Shown one piece after another: positions 34,555 through 44,716 of a DNA stretch of 64,000 nucleotides (its first letter is position 1; each line of letters starts with the position of its first letter). A program made the position numbers and the translations under genes. The notes under the pieces were generated by a model that was not told where the DNA came from, did not search any database, and was given only the letters and a program-made list of their open reading frames with translations. Source of the DNA: Flavobacterium sp. (lineage in GTDB: Bacteria; Bacteroidota; Bacteroidia; Flavobacteriales; Flavobacteriaceae); contig JASLED010000019.1 of NCBI GenBank assembly GCA_030151255.1, positions 1,342 to 65,341 of the forward strand, given 5' to 3'.

Positions 34555-35133
34555 ATGAATACCGAAAAAACATATTCAATATCCTTTACTGGATTGAAAG
34601 ATGGAAATCATACGTTTGAATACGTTATAGATAATAAGTTTTTTGAAAACTTTTCTTATGACGATTTCAACAGTATAAACACAAAAATAACCGTTCTTTT
34701 AAATAAGAAAACAAATCTACTGGAAGTAAAACTAACAGCAGAAGGAGTAGTAAATGTTCCTTGTGATAGCACAAATGAAAACTTCGACTTACCAATTGAA
34801 AATGAATTCAATTTAATAGTAAAGTTTGGAGAAGAATTTAACAACGATCACGACGAATTACTTGTAATTCCATTTACAGCTCATGAAATAGATTTAACGC
34901 ATTATATTTACGAATTATTAGTGCTTTCTATTCCTGTAAAAAGAGTACATCCTGATGTAGTAGAAGATGAAGACGAGTTTGACGAAGATGAATTTGATTC
35001 ACTATTTGATGATGACAATGACGATTTTGACAACATTGAAGATTTCGATGACGAAGATATAGATGAAGATTCTAATAATAAAGAAATAGATCCCAGATGG
35101 GACGAATTAAAAAAACTATTAACGGATAAATAA
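34555..35133 (+). CDS. yceD: YceD/DUF177 family protein (large-subunit rRNA accumulation protein), acidic C-terminus
   Basis: It lies immediately upstream of rpmF, as is typical for yceD, and has an acidic tail (DEDEFDEDEFD...). The start was moved to ATG 34555 because the TTG at 34531 lies inside a TATCTTTG -7 box. Confidence 0.75.
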   Translation: MNTEKTYSISFTGLKDGNHTFEYVIDNKFFENFSYDDFNSINTKITVLLNKKTNLLEVKLTAEGVVNVPCDSTNENFDLPIENEFNLIVKFGEEFNNDHDELLVIPFTAHEIDLTHYIYELLVLSIPVKRVHPDVVEDEDEFDEDEFDSLFDDDNDDFDNIEDFDDEDIDEDSNNKEIDPRWDELKKLLTDK

Positions 35134-35142
35134 TATAGTAAA

Positions 35143-35340
35143 ATGGCACATCCTAAGAGAAAGACCTCGAAAACAAGAAGAGATAAAAGAAGAACGCATT
35201 ACAAAGCTGTAGCTCCGACTATCGCTACTTGTCCTGTTACTGGTGAAGCTCACTTATTTCACAGAGCTTACTGGCACGAAGGTAAGCTTTACTACAGAGG
35301 ACAAGTTGTAATTGACAAAACAACAGAAGTAGAGGCATAA
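35143..35340 (+). CDS. rpmF: 50S ribosomal protein L32
   Basis: 65 aa with the N-terminus [19 protein letters not shown], characteristic of bL32. Confidence 0.93.
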   Translation: MAHPKRKTSKTRRDKRRTHYKAVAPTIATCPVTGEAHLFHRAYWHEGKLYYRGQVVIDKTTEVEA

Positions 35341-35358
35341 GCTTTAGAACAGAACAAA

Positions 35359-35386
35359 CTCTCACATGCTGTGGGAGTTTTTTTTT
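35359..35386 (+). terminator. terminator or attenuator downstream of rpmF
   Basis: The arm ctctcaca pairs with tgtgggag (one G-U pair) and a T9 run follows. Confidence 0.6.
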
Positions 35387-35460
35387 ATTCGAAATAGACA
35401 CTAAAAACGTATTTTATCGCTAAAATTCGGTTAAAAACGTTTTTTTTTGTAATTTTCCCT

Positions 35461-35468
35461 TATTTTTG
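35461..35468 (+). promoter_or_regulatory. candidate -7 box (TATTTTTG) upstream of fabH
   Basis: An exact TAnnTTTG match 31 nt before ATG 35499. I found no convincing -33 TTG. Confidence 0.35.
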
Positions 35469-35498
35469 GAATGTTTTTATAAAGTAAAGCAACACCGT

Positions 35499-36497
35499 AT
35501 GACTAAAATAAACGCAGCCATTACTGCCGTTGGTTGTTATTTGCCCGAAACAAAATTGACCAACACGGACTTGGAAACAATGGTTGAAACCAATGACGAA
35601 TGGATTACCTCTCGTACAGGTATTAAAGAACGTAGAATTCTAAAAGTACCTGGAGCAGGCGCTTCGTACATGGCTATCAAAGCAGCTGAAAATTTAATAG
35701 AAAAATCGGGAGTAGATCCAAAAGAGATTGATCTAGTTTTAGTAGCAACTGCAACTGCAGATATGCCTGTAGCTGCAACTGCAGTATATGTAGCAACACA
35801 AATTGGTGCAACAAATGCATTTGCATTTGATTTACAAGCAGCCTGTTCAAGCTTTTTATACGGAATGTCTGTATCTTCTGCTTATATTGAATCAGGAAAA
35901 TACAAAAAAGTACTATTAATTGGTGCAGATAAAATGTCATCAATTATAGATTACACAGATAGAGCAACTTGTATTATTTTTGGAGATGCCGCTGGTGCAG
36001 CATTGTTCGAACCAAATACTGAAGGCTTAGGTATTATTGATGAATACTTAAGAAGTGATGGTATTGGAAGAGAATTTCTAAAAATTGACGCAGGAGGATC
36101 TATTCTACCGCCATCAGCAGAAACTGTGGCAAACAAACAACATTATGTATTCCAAGACGGTAAAACTGTCTTCAAATATGCCGTATCTAATATGGCTGAC
36201 GTTAGTGAAAAAATCATGCAACGCAACAACCTTACTCATAACGATGTAAACTGGTTGGCTGCACACCAAGCAAACAAACGAATCATTGACGCAACAGCTC
36301 ATAGAATGGGAGTAGACGACTCAAAAGTACTTATGAACATTGAGAAATACGGCAATACAACATCTGCTACTTTACCTCTATTATTATGTGATTTTGAAAA
36401 ACAACTAAAAAAAGGCGACAATATTATTTTCGCTACTTTTGGAGGTGGTTTCACATGGGGATCTATATATCTAAAGTGGGCTTACAATAGTAATTAA
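35499..36497 (+). CDS. fabH: 3-oxoacyl-ACP synthase III
   Basis: Catalytic triad contexts AACSSFLY (Cys), AAHQANKRI (His) and GNTTSATLP (Asn). The start was moved to ATG 35499 (MTKINAAITAVG). The track TTG start at 35466 lies within a TATTTTTG -7 box at 35461-35468. Confidence 0.92.
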   Translation: MTKINAAITAVGCYLPETKLTNTDLETMVETNDEWITSRTGIKERRILKVPGAGASYMAIKAAENLIEKSGVDPKEIDLVLVATATADMPVAATAVYVATQIGATNAFAFDLQAACSSFLYGMSVSSAYIESGKYKKVLLIGADKMSSIIDYTDRATCIIFGDAAGAALFEPNTEGLGIIDEYLRSDGIGREFLKIDAGGSILPPSAETVANKQHYVFQDGKTVFKYAVSNMADVSEKIMQRNNLTHNDVNWLAAHQANKRIIDATAHRMGVDDSKVLMNIEKYGNTTSATLPLLLCDFEKQLKKGDNIIFATFGGGFTWGSIYLKWAYNSN

Positions 36498-36528
36498 CAA
36501 GAAGAAAAACTAACGAATACTTTTCGGT

Positions 36529-37011
36529 ATGGACATTAAAGAAATTCAAAACCTAATCAAATTCGTAGCTAAATCAGGAGCTACAGAAGTAAAATTAGAA
36601 ATGGATGATTTTAAAATCACCATCAAAACAACAGAAACAGGAAACACTGAAACTACTTACATTCAGCAAGTACCTGCAACAACTGCAATTCAAGCTGCAC
36701 CAGTTGTTGCTGCGCCAGTTGTAGAGAATGCACCAGTTGCTACTGAAGCAAAAGCTGATGAAAATTCTAAATATATTACTGTAAAATCTCCTATCATTGG
36801 TACATTCTACAGAAAACCATCACCAGACAAAGCTCCATTCGCAGAAGTTGGAACTGTAGTAAAACCAGGTGACGTTTTATGTGTAATTGAAGCGATGAAA
36901 TTATTCAACGAAATTGAATCAGAAGTTTCAGGAAAAATCGTTAAAGTATTAATTGACGACTCTTCTCCAGTTGAATTTGATCAACCATTATTCTTAGTTG
37001 ATCCATCTTAA
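36529..37011 (+). CDS. accB: acetyl-CoA carboxylase biotin carboxyl carrier protein
   Basis: 160 aa with an Ala/Pro/Val linker and the biotinylation motif [12 protein letters not shown]. Confidence 0.92.
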   Translation: MDIKEIQNLIKFVAKSGATEVKLEMDDFKITIKTTETGNTETTYIQQVPATTAIQAAPVVAAPVVENAPVATEAKADENSKYITVKSPIIGTFYRKPSPDKAPFAEVGTVVKPGDVLCVIEAMKLFNEIESEVSGKIVKVLIDDSSPVEFDQPLFLVDPS

Positions 37012-37075
37012 GAAATTAAGAATCGTTCTTTTAAACTTAATAAAAGAAAAAAATTACATTTAAAAATTTCAAAAG

Positions 37076-38425
37076 ATGTTTAAAAAAATATTAATTGCAA
37101 ATAGAGGCGAAATTGCTTTACGCATCATCAGAACGTGTAAAGAAATGGGAATCAAAACAGTAGCAGTTTACTCTACTGCTGATGCAGATAGCCTTCACGT
37201 TCGATTTGCTGATGAAGCTGTTTGTATAGGACCTGCTCCTTCAAGCCAATCGTATTTAAAAATATCAAACATTATAGCTGCTGCAGAAATTACAAATGCA
37301 GACGCTATACACCCAGGATATGGTTTCTTAGCTGAAAATGCTAAATTTTCAAAAATCTGTCAAGAGCACGGAGTAAAATTCATCGGTGCATCTCCAGAGA
37401 TGATTGAAAAAATGGGAGACAAAGCTACTGCAAAAGAAACAATGAAAGCTGCTGGAGTACCTACTGTACCGGGTTCAGAAGGTTTATTAGAATCTGTTGA
37501 ACACGCTAAAGCTACAGCAAAAGCAATTGGTTATCCAGTAATGATGAAAGCTACAGCAGGTGGTGGTGGAAAAGGAATGCGTGAAATCTTCAAAGAAGAA
37601 GACCTAGACAGAGCTTGGGAAAGCGCAAGAAACGAAGCTGCTGCTGCATTTGGAAATGACGGTATGTACATGGAAAAACTAATTGTAGATCCACGTCATA
37701 TTGAAATCCAAATTGTAGGAGATCAATACGGAAAAGCTTGTCACCTTTCTGAAAGAGACTGTTCTATTCAAAGACGTCACCAAAAACTTACAGAAGAAAC
37801 CCCTTCTCCATTCATGACAGACGAATTGAGAGATAAAATGGGAGAAGCTGCTGTAAAAGCTGCAGAATTCATCAAATACGAAGGTGCTGGAACAATTGAA
37901 TTTTTAGTAGACAAAGATCGTAACTTCTACTTTATGGAAATGAATACTCGTATCCAAGTAGAACACCCAATTACTGAACAAGTAATTGATTATGATTTAA
38001 TTCGTGAACAAATTTTAGTAGCTGCTGGTGTGCCAATTTCTGGAAAAAATTATTTACCAAAACTTCATTCAATCGAAGTTCGTATTAATGCTGAAGATCC
38101 ATTCAACGACTTCAGACCTTCTCCAGGAAAAATAACGACATTACATGCTCCAGGCGGGCATGGAGTACGTTTAGACACACATGTTTATTCTGGTTACTCT
38201 ATTCCTCCAAATTACGATTCAATGATCGCTAAATTAATTACAACTGCTCAAACAAGAGAAGAAGCAATTAATAAAATGAAGCGTGCATTAGACGAATTTG
38301 TTATTGAAGGAATTAAAACAACTATTCCATTCCACAGACAATTAATGGACGATCCAAACTATATTGCTGGTAATTATACAACAGCATTTATGGAATCATT
38401 TCACATGAAACCAATTGAAGAATAG
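37076..38425 (+). CDS. accC: acetyl-CoA carboxylase biotin carboxylase subunit
   Basis: 449 aa with the N-terminus [23 protein letters not shown] and ATP-grasp motifs (GGGGKGMR; [14 protein letters not shown]). Confidence 0.95.
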   Translation: MFKKILIANRGEIALRIIRTCKEMGIKTVAVYSTADADSLHVRFADEAVCIGPAPSSQSYLKISNIIAAAEITNADAIHPGYGFLAENAKFSKICQEHGVKFIGASPEMIEKMGDKATAKETMKAAGVPTVPGSEGLLESVEHAKATAKAIGYPVMMKATAGGGGKGMREIFKEEDLDRAWESARNEAAAAFGNDGMYMEKLIVDPRHIEIQIVGDQYGKACHLSERDCSIQRRHQKLTEETPSPFMTDELRDKMGEAAVKAAEFIKYEGAGTIEFLVDKDRNFYFMEMNTRIQVEHPITEQVIDYDLIREQILVAAGVPISGKNYLPKLHSIEVRINAEDPFNDFRPSPGKITTLHAPGGHGVRLDTHVYSGYSIPPNYDSMIAKLITTAQTREEAINKMKRALDEFVIEGIKTTIPFHRQLMDDPNYIAGNYTTAFMESFHMKPIEE

Positions 38426-38448
38426 TTTAAAAAACATAATTATAAAAA

Positions 38449-38482
38449 GCAGATTAATTTTCAAAAATTAATCTGCTTTTTT
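38449..38482 (+). terminator. terminator downstream of accC
   Basis: The arm gcagattaatttt pairs with aaaattaatctgc (38449-38476) and a T6 run follows. Confidence 0.7.
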
Positions 38483-38593
38483 ATTTTATACATTAAATCC
38501 TTTAATAAATCATACAAAATAGTTGAAAATTAAAGAAAAAAATATTTTTTAAAAATAAAATAAAAACTTTCACGTTACCCGCCAAAAAAATTA

Positions 38594-38601
38594 TATATTT
38601 G
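38594..38601 (+). promoter_or_regulatory. candidate -7 box (TATATTTG) upstream of the cold-shock gene
   Basis: An exact TAnnTTTG match 30 nt before ATG 38631. Confidence 0.35.
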
Positions 38602-38630
38602 GAACTCTAATATATTTATTTTTAAAAAAA

Positions 38631-38831
38631 ATGCACACAGGCGTAATTAAATTCTTCAACGAAGACAAAGGATTTGGTTTTATCACCAACGACTCAACAA
38701 AACAAGACATTTTTGTTCACATCACAGGATTAAAAACAAAAAATGTAGAGCAAGGTAATCGTGTTTCTTACGAAGAAGAACAAGGAAAAAAAGGGCTTAT
38801 AGCTACTAATGTTCAAGTGATAGAAGATTAA
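38631..38831 (+). CDS. cold-shock domain protein
   Basis: 66 aa with the RNP1-like KGFGFI and RNP2-like DIFVH motifs. Confidence 0.9.
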   Translation: MHTGVIKFFNEDKGFGFITNDSTKQDIFVHITGLKTKNVEQGNRVSYEEEQGKKGLIATNVQVIED

Positions 38832-38858
38832 AAAAATATATAATTTTCCATTACACAA

Positions 38859-38891
38859 AGCTGTCTAATTCAATTTAGGCAGCTTTTTTTA
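38859..38891 (+). terminator. terminator downstream of the cold-shock gene
   Basis: The arm agctgtctaa pairs with ttaggcagct (one G-U pair) and a T7 run follows. Confidence 0.65.
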
Positions 38892-38975
38892 TTACTAATT
38901 CTTTTTATTTATAATTAATCTAAATATATATTAACAATTATTAAGAAATTCTACTAATCCATAGAGTTCCAAAGC

Positions 38976-39006
38976 TTTGTAAAGACGAACTATGGCTCTA
39001 TATTTG
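38976..39006 (+). promoter_or_regulatory. Bacteroidetes sigma-A-type promoter for the nuo operon (-33 TTTG / -7 TATATTTG)
   Basis: TTTG lies at 38976-38979 and TAtaTTTG at 38999-39006, separated by a hand-counted 19-nt spacer. This matches the -33 TTG / -7 TAnnTTTG consensus known for Bacteroidetes. Confidence 0.6.
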
Positions 39007-39037
39007 TATGTCGTATTTTAACATAAAACTTTTACTT

Positions 39038-39403
39038 ATGCAATCAACTCAACTCGACTTTATACCCATTTTAATGCAAATTGCACTTGCCGCTGGTTTT
39101 GTGGCAGTTACAATATGGGTTTCTGACAAATTAGGTCCGAAAAAACATTCGAAAGTTAAAGACAGTACTTGGGAATGTGGGATTGAATCTTTAGGTAATG
39201 CAAGAATACCTTTTAATGTAAAATACTTTTTGGTAGCAATTTTATTCGTTCTTTTTGACGTTGAAGTAGTTTTCCTTTATCCTTGGGCAATGAATTTTCA
39301 AGAACTTGGATGGGATGGACTTGCGAAAATGGGAATCTTTTTATTTCTATTGGTAGTTGGGCTGTTATACGAATTTAAGAAAAAAGGCCTTGAGTGGGAT
39401 TAA
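39038..39403 (+). CDS. nuoA: NADH-quinone oxidoreductase subunit A
   Basis: It carries the motif YECG-like WECGIE...FDVEVVFLYPW. The track ORF starts at 39008, but a consensus -33/-7 promoter at 38976-39006 would place the transcription start at or after that ATG. The next in-frame ATG, 39038 (MQSTQLDFIP), was therefore chosen. Confidence 0.85.
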   Translation: MQSTQLDFIPILMQIALAAGFVAVTIWVSDKLGPKKHSKVKDSTWECGIESLGNARIPFNVKYFLVAILFVLFDVEVVFLYPWAMNFQELGWDGLAKMGIFLFLLVVGLLYEFKKKGLEWD

Positions 39404-39416
39404 ATAAATTAGGAAA

Positions 39417-39971
39417 ATGAGTGAGAAAAAATATAATACAGTAGAGGCTCCTGATGGATATGTAGGAGAAGGTTTTTTTGCTACTAAACTTAGTGAAGTA
39501 GTTGGATTGGCACGTGCAAATTCTATGTGGCCTTTGCCTTTTGCAACGTCATGTTGCGGTATTGAATTTATGGCTACAATGGCATCAACTTATGATGTAG
39601 CTCGTTTTGGTTCAGAACGTATGAGTTTCTCACCAAGACAAGCCGATATGCTTATGGTAATGGGCACAATCTCTAAAAAAATGGCTCCTATTTTACGCCA
39701 AGTATATGAACAAATGGCCGAACCAAAATGGGTTATTGCTGTTGGAGCATGTGCATCGTCTGGTGGTATTTTTGATACTTATTCAGTATTACAAGGCATT
39801 GATAAAGTAATTCCAGTTGATGTTTATGTACCTGGATGCCCTCCTAGACCAGAACAAATACTTGATGGTATTATGAGGTTACAAGACGTTATAAAAGCAG
39901 AATCTGTTTATCGCAGAGGAACAAAAGAATACGATGAGTTATTAAAATCTTATAACATAGAAAGTAAGTAG
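39417..39971 (+). CDS. nuoB: NADH-quinone oxidoreductase subunit B
   Basis: 184 aa with the N2 cluster Cys contexts [17 protein letters not shown] and VPGCPPRPE. Confidence 0.93.
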   Translation: MSEKKYNTVEAPDGYVGEGFFATKLSEVVGLARANSMWPLPFATSCCGIEFMATMASTYDVARFGSERMSFSPRQADMLMVMGTISKKMAPILRQVYEQMAEPKWVIAVGACASSGGIFDTYSVLQGIDKVIPVDVYVPGCPPRPEQILDGIMRLQDVIKAESVYRRGTKEYDELLKSYNIESK

Positions 39972-39973
39972 TT

Positions 39974-40495
39974 ATGGCATTAGATAATCAAACGATACAA
40001 GAAGCACTAATTTCAAATTTCCCGCTTTCTGTAAAAGATTTTCACGAACAACATGGCATGCTTGTTTTTGAAGCTACTGCTGAAGGAGTACACCAAGTTG
40101 TTAAATTCTTGAAAGAAAACGAACACATGAACTTCAATTTTATGACAGATGTATGTGGAGTACATTATCCAGATTTTGAAGAAGATAGACAATTAGCTGT
40201 TGTATACCATTTACACAACTGGATTGACAATGTGAGAATTCGTATTAAAACATATGTAAGTACTAAAAATCCAACGGTTGACTCAATGACAGATTTATTC
40301 AAATCTGCAAATTGGCAAGAAAGAGAAACTTTCGATTTCTACGGAATTATATTCAAAAATCATCCGCAGTTAAAGAGAATTTTAAATATGGATGAAATGG
40401 AATCACATCCATTGAGAAAAGAATTTCCATTAGAAGATGGCGGAAGAACAGACAAAGATGATAGATTCTTTGGTAGAACAATTCACAACTGTTAA
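39974..40495 (+). CDS. nuoC: NADH-quinone oxidoreductase subunit C
   Basis: 173 aa with the 30-kDa subunit motif ANWQERETFDFYGIIF. It is separate from nuoD. Confidence 0.9.
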   Translation: MALDNQTIQEALISNFPLSVKDFHEQHGMLVFEATAEGVHQVVKFLKENEHMNFNFMTDVCGVHYPDFEEDRQLAVVYHLHNWIDNVRIRIKTYVSTKNPTVDSMTDLFKSANWQERETFDFYGIIFKNHPQLKRILNMDEMESHPLRKEFPLEDGGRTDKDDRFFGRTIHNC

Positions 40496-40514
40496 ACGGA
40501 TTAATTTTTAAGAT

Positions 40515-41750
40515 ATGTCAGACTTATTATTACCACCTGAGCAACGCTATGCTAAGCTTATTGAAGATAAATTTCAAGAGGATGGAACTGAGTTACAAAT
40601 TTTGAACTTAGGTCCCACTCACCCTGCAACGCATGGTATTTTTCAAAACATCATTTTACTAGATGGGGAAAAAGTACTAGAAGGTGAAGGTACTGTTGGT
40701 TATATACACCGTGCATTCGAAAAAATTGCAGAAAACAGACCGTTTTATCAAATTAACGTCTTAACAGACCGTTTAAATTACTGTTCATCGCCAATTAATA
40801 ATACTGCTTGGTGGATGACGGTTGAAAAAGCTTTGGGAATAGAAATTCCTAAACGCGTGCAATACTTGAGAGTTATCGTAATGGAATTGGCAAGAATTGC
40901 AGATCACATCGTTTGTAGCTCAGTAATGGGAGTAGATACAGGAGCTCTTACTGGCTTCTTATATGTATTCCAATACAGAGAAAAAATATATGAAATTTTC
41001 GAAGAAATTTCAGGTGCACGTTTAACTACCAATATGGGTAGAATTGGTGGATTTGAAAGAGAATGGAGTCCAGAGGTTTTCAAGAAAATTGATGAATTCT
41101 TAGCTGAATTTCCTGCTATTTGGAGTGAATTTGAAGGTTTATTGACAAGAAATAGAATCTTCATGGACAGAACCATAGGCGTTGGAGGTATTAGTGCTGA
41201 AGATGCTATTAACTTCGGTTTTACAGGCCCTAACCTAAGAGCTGCTGGTGTTGATTACGATGTTCGTGTTGCAACTCCATATTGTTCTTATGAAGATTTT
41301 GACTTCGAAATTCCTGTTGGAACTGCAGGTGATTGCTACGATCGTTTCTGTGTAAGAAATGCTGAAATTTGGGAAAGTTTAAAAATCATTCGCCAAGCTT
41401 TAGAAAAAATGCCTGAAGGACCTTACCATGCAGACGTTCCAGAGTATTATTTGCCTCCAAAAGAAGATGTTTATACCAACATGGAAGCATTAATCTATCA
41501 CTTTAAAATTGTAATGGGTGAAGTTCCAGTTCCTATAACAGAGCTTTACAACTGCGTTGAAGCAGGTAATGGCGAATTAGGTTTCTACCTAATCACTGAC
41601 GGAAGTAGAACTCCTTATCGCTTACATTTTAGAAGACCTTGTTTTATCATCTATCAAGCGTATAACGATATTGTAAAAGGCGGTATGTTGTCAGATGCTA
41701 TTATCACCCTATCAAGTTTAAACATTATTGCAGGAGAATTAGACGCATAA
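40515..41750 (+). CDS. nuoD: NADH-quinone oxidoreductase subunit D
   Basis: 411 aa with the 49-kDa subunit motifs LNLGPTHPATHG and HRAFEKIAE. Confidence 0.93.
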   Translation: MSDLLLPPEQRYAKLIEDKFQEDGTELQILNLGPTHPATHGIFQNIILLDGEKVLEGEGTVGYIHRAFEKIAENRPFYQINVLTDRLNYCSSPINNTAWWMTVEKALGIEIPKRVQYLRVIVMELARIADHIVCSSVMGVDTGALTGFLYVFQYREKIYEIFEEISGARLTTNMGRIGGFEREWSPEVFKKIDEFLAEFPAIWSEFEGLLTRNRIFMDRTIGVGGISAEDAINFGFTGPNLRAAGVDYDVRVATPYCSYEDFDFEIPVGTAGDCYDRFCVRNAEIWESLKIIRQALEKMPEGPYHADVPEYYLPPKEDVYTNMEALIYHFKIVMGEVPVPITELYNCVEAGNGELGFYLITDGSRTPYRLHFRRPCFIIYQAYNDIVKGGMLSDAIITLSSLNIIAGELDA

Positions 41751-41752
41751 TC

Positions 41753-42283
41753 ATGGAAACAAAAAAATACAAACAAAATATAAACATCACGCCAGAACTG
41801 CAAAGTCGTATTGACGAACTTTTAAGTCATTATCCATCAGACAAAAAGAAGTCGGCACTTTTGCCAGTATTGCATGCAGCTCAGGATGCGCACGACAATT
41901 GGTTGAGCGTAGAATTGATGGACAAAGTAGCAGAAATTTTAGACATTACTCCTATTGAGGTTTATGAAGTAGTTACTTTCTACTCTATGTATAACCAAAA
42001 ACCAATGGGTAAATACATGTTTGAATTCTGCTTAACATCTTGCTGCGGAATTAGAGGAGCAGATGATATGATGGAATATGCTTGTGAAAAACTACAAATT
42101 AAACCAGGAGAAACTACAACTGATGGTCTATTTTCAGTAGTTGGTGTTCAGTGTTTAGGTGCTTGTGGATATGCCCCAATGATGCAATTGGGCGATTTCT
42201 ATAAAGAAAATCTGACCAAAGAAAAAATCGACCAAATTATTGAAGACTGTAAAGCAGGAAACGTAATTCTTCATGATAAATAG
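41753..42283 (+). CDS. nuoE: NADH-quinone oxidoreductase subunit E
   Basis: 176 aa with 2Fe-2S Cys contexts (CLTSCC...CLGACGYAPM). Confidence 0.9.
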   Translation: METKKYKQNINITPELQSRIDELLSHYPSDKKKSALLPVLHAAQDAHDNWLSVELMDKVAEILDITPIEVYEVVTFYSMYNQKPMGKYMFEFCLTSCCGIRGADDMMEYACEKLQIKPGETTTDGLFSVVGVQCLGACGYAPMMQLGDFYKENLTKEKIDQIIEDCKAGNVILHDK

Positions 42284-42287
42284 TAAT

Positions 42288-43646
42288 ATGGGAAGAAAGA
42301 TATTATTAGAAAAGATTAATATTCCAGGCATTAAATCATACGATGTTTATCGTCAAAATGGTGGATATGCATCTGTTGAAAAGGCATTAAAATCAATGAC
42401 TCCAGACGAAATTACTGAAGAAGTAAAAGCGTCAGGAATTAGAGGTCGTGGTGGTGCAGGTTTCCCAGTTGGTTTAAAATGGAGTTTTATTGATAAAAAA
42501 TCTGGAAAACCAAGACATTTGGTGTGTAACGCCGATGAGTCTGAGCCAGGAACATTTAAAGACAGATACTTAATGGAGTACATTCCTCACTTATTAATTG
42601 AAGGAATGATTGCCTCAAGTTATGCATTAGGTGCTAACCTTTCATATATTTATATTAGAGGAGAATATATGTGGGTGTTTAAAATTTTAGAAAAAGCTAT
42701 TAAAGAAGCATATGCTGCTGGATGGCTAGGAAAAAACATCTTAGGTACTGATTATAGCTTAGATTTGCACGTACACTGTGGTGCAGGAGCTTATATCTGT
42801 GGTGAAGAAACTGCCCTAATTGAATCTTTAGAAGGAAAAAGAGGAAATCCTCGAATCAAACCACCTTTCCCAGCTATTAGCGGTCTTTGGGGAAATCCTA
42901 CAGTGGTAAATAATGTAGAATCAATTGCAAATGTGCCATGGATTATCACTAATTCTGGCGAAGAATATGCAAAAATAGGCGTTGGTCGTTCTACTGGAAC
43001 TAAATTAATTTCTGCTTCTGGACACATCAGAAAACCGGGTGTTTACGAAATAGAAATGGGAATTACAGTAGAAGAATTTATCAATTCTGACGAATATTGT
43101 GGAGGAATGATGGACGATCGTCCTATCAAAGCCTTGGTACCTGGAGGTTCTTCCGTGCCAATTTTACCAGCACATTTAATTTACAAAACAGCCAATGGAG
43201 AAGATCGTTTAATGACATACGAATCATTATCTGACGGAGGTTTTGAATCAGGATCTATGTTAGGTTCTGGTGGTTTCATTGTTTATAATGATACAGCATG
43301 TATTGTTCGAAATACTTGGAATTTTGCTCGTTTCTACGCACACGAAAGTTGTGGACAATGTTCGCCTTGTAGAGAAGGAACAGGATGGTTAGAAAAAATC
43401 TTGCACCGCATCGAAACTGGATACGGAACTATGGAAGACATTGATCTATTATGGAATATCCAAAGCAATATTGAAGGAAATACAATTTGTCCGTTAGGAG
43501 ATGCAGCGGCTTGGCCAGTTGCAGCAGCTATCAGACATTTTAGAGAAGAATTTGAATATCACGTTTTATTCCCAGAAAAAGTGAGAGACAGAAATCATTT
43601 TGTAGCTGAACCTTTTTCGAGCGTAAAACATTTGATGAATAAATAA
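42288..43646 (+). CDS. nuoF: NADH-quinone oxidoreductase subunit F
   Basis: FMN/NADH motifs [13 protein letters not shown] and [10 protein letters not shown], plus the 4Fe-4S motif [12 protein letters not shown]. The ATG at 42288 (MGRKILL) lies 5 nt after the nuoE stop. The ATG at 42273 is an alternative. Confidence 0.92.
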   Translation: MGRKILLEKINIPGIKSYDVYRQNGGYASVEKALKSMTPDEITEEVKASGIRGRGGAGFPVGLKWSFIDKKSGKPRHLVCNADESEPGTFKDRYLMEYIPHLLIEGMIASSYALGANLSYIYIRGEYMWVFKILEKAIKEAYAAGWLGKNILGTDYSLDLHVHCGAGAYICGEETALIESLEGKRGNPRIKPPFPAISGLWGNPTVVNNVESIANVPWIITNSGEEYAKIGVGRSTGTKLISASGHIRKPGVYEIEMGITVEEFINSDEYCGGMMDDRPIKALVPGGSSVPILPAHLIYKTANGEDRLMTYESLSDGGFESGSMLGSGGFIVYNDTACIVRNTWNFARFYAHESCGQCSPCREGTGWLEKILHRIETGYGTMEDIDLLWNIQSNIEGNTICPLGDAAAWPVAAAIRHFREEFEYHVLFPEKVRDRNHFVAEPFSSVKHLMNK

Positions 43647-43679
43647 TCCATGCTAATTTTTAGCTAAAAAGCACAATTT

Positions 43680-44705
43680 ATGAAAGTTACGATAGACGGA
43701 CATGAAATAGACGTAGAACCAGGAACATCCATTCTACAAGCAGCAAGAATGATTGGTGGCGAATCTGTTCCACCAGCAATGTGCTATTATTCAAAACTTG
43801 AAGGAACTGGTGGTAAATGTAGAGCCTGTTTAGTTGAAGTTTCTAAAGGTAGCGAGGCTGATCCACGTCCAATGCCTAAATTAATGGCATCGTGTAAAAC
43901 TCCTATTATGGATGGTATGGAAGTAAAAAGTATTACTTCGCCAAAAGTTTTAGAAGCGAGAAAATCAGTTACAGAATTCTTATTAATCAACCATCCTTTG
44001 GATTGCCCTATCTGTGATCAAGCAGGAGAATGCGATTTACAAAACCTTGCTTTCCAACACGGAAAAGAGCAAAAAAGATATAAAGAAGAAAAAAGAACGT
44101 TTGAACCAGAAAATATCGGAGAAAACATTCAGTTACACATGAATCGTTGTATTCTTTGTTACCGTTGCGTAAAAACAGCCGAACAATTAACAGATAAACG
44201 CGTACATGGAGTTTGTGGACGTGGAGAGCATGCACAAATTTCTACTTATATTTCTGCAGCAATTGACAACGAGTTTTCTGGAAATATGATAGACGTTTGT
44301 CCGGTTGGTGCATTAACAGATAAAACCTTCCGTTTTAAATCTCGTGTTTGGTTTAACAAACCATACAATGCACACAGAGATTGCCCAACATGTTCTGGAA
44401 AAGTAACATTATGGATGTTTGGAGAACAAATTCAACGTGTAACGGCTCGTAAAGACGAATTCCATGAAGTTGAAGAATTTATCTGTAACTCTTGTCGTTT
44501 TGACCATAAAGAAAATTCAGACTGGACAATTGAAGGTCCGCGTAAATTTGAGAAAAACTCCGTTATTAATCAAAACAATTATACTAGAAAACTAGATACA
44601 GTTGTAATGAAAACAGAAAAACAAATTTTGGATGGACGTGAACAAGACAGAAAGAAAATCAGTATGAAAGAAGTTCCATTAACTAAACATGAATCACAAG
44701 AATAA
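43680..44705 (+). CDS. nuoG: NADH-quinone oxidoreductase subunit G, short form (Fe-S N-terminal part only)
   Basis: 341 aa with 2Fe-2S and 4Fe-4S Cys motifs (CYYSKLEGTGGKCRACLVEV; HPLDCPICDQAGECDLQ; CILCYRCV; CPVGALT). There is no molybdopterin-like C-terminal domain. Confidence 0.88.
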   Translation: MKVTIDGHEIDVEPGTSILQAARMIGGESVPPAMCYYSKLEGTGGKCRACLVEVSKGSEADPRPMPKLMASCKTPIMDGMEVKSITSPKVLEARKSVTEFLLINHPLDCPICDQAGECDLQNLAFQHGKEQKRYKEEKRTFEPENIGENIQLHMNRCILCYRCVKTAEQLTDKRVHGVCGRGEHAQISTYISAAIDNEFSGNMIDVCPVGALTDKTFRFKSRVWFNKPYNAHRDCPTCSGKVTLWMFGEQIQRVTARKDEFHEVEEFICNSCRFDHKENSDWTIEGPRKFEKNSVINQNNYTRKLDTVVMKTEKQILDGREQDRKKISMKEVPLTKHESQE

Positions 44706-44716
44706 TACAACAAAAT

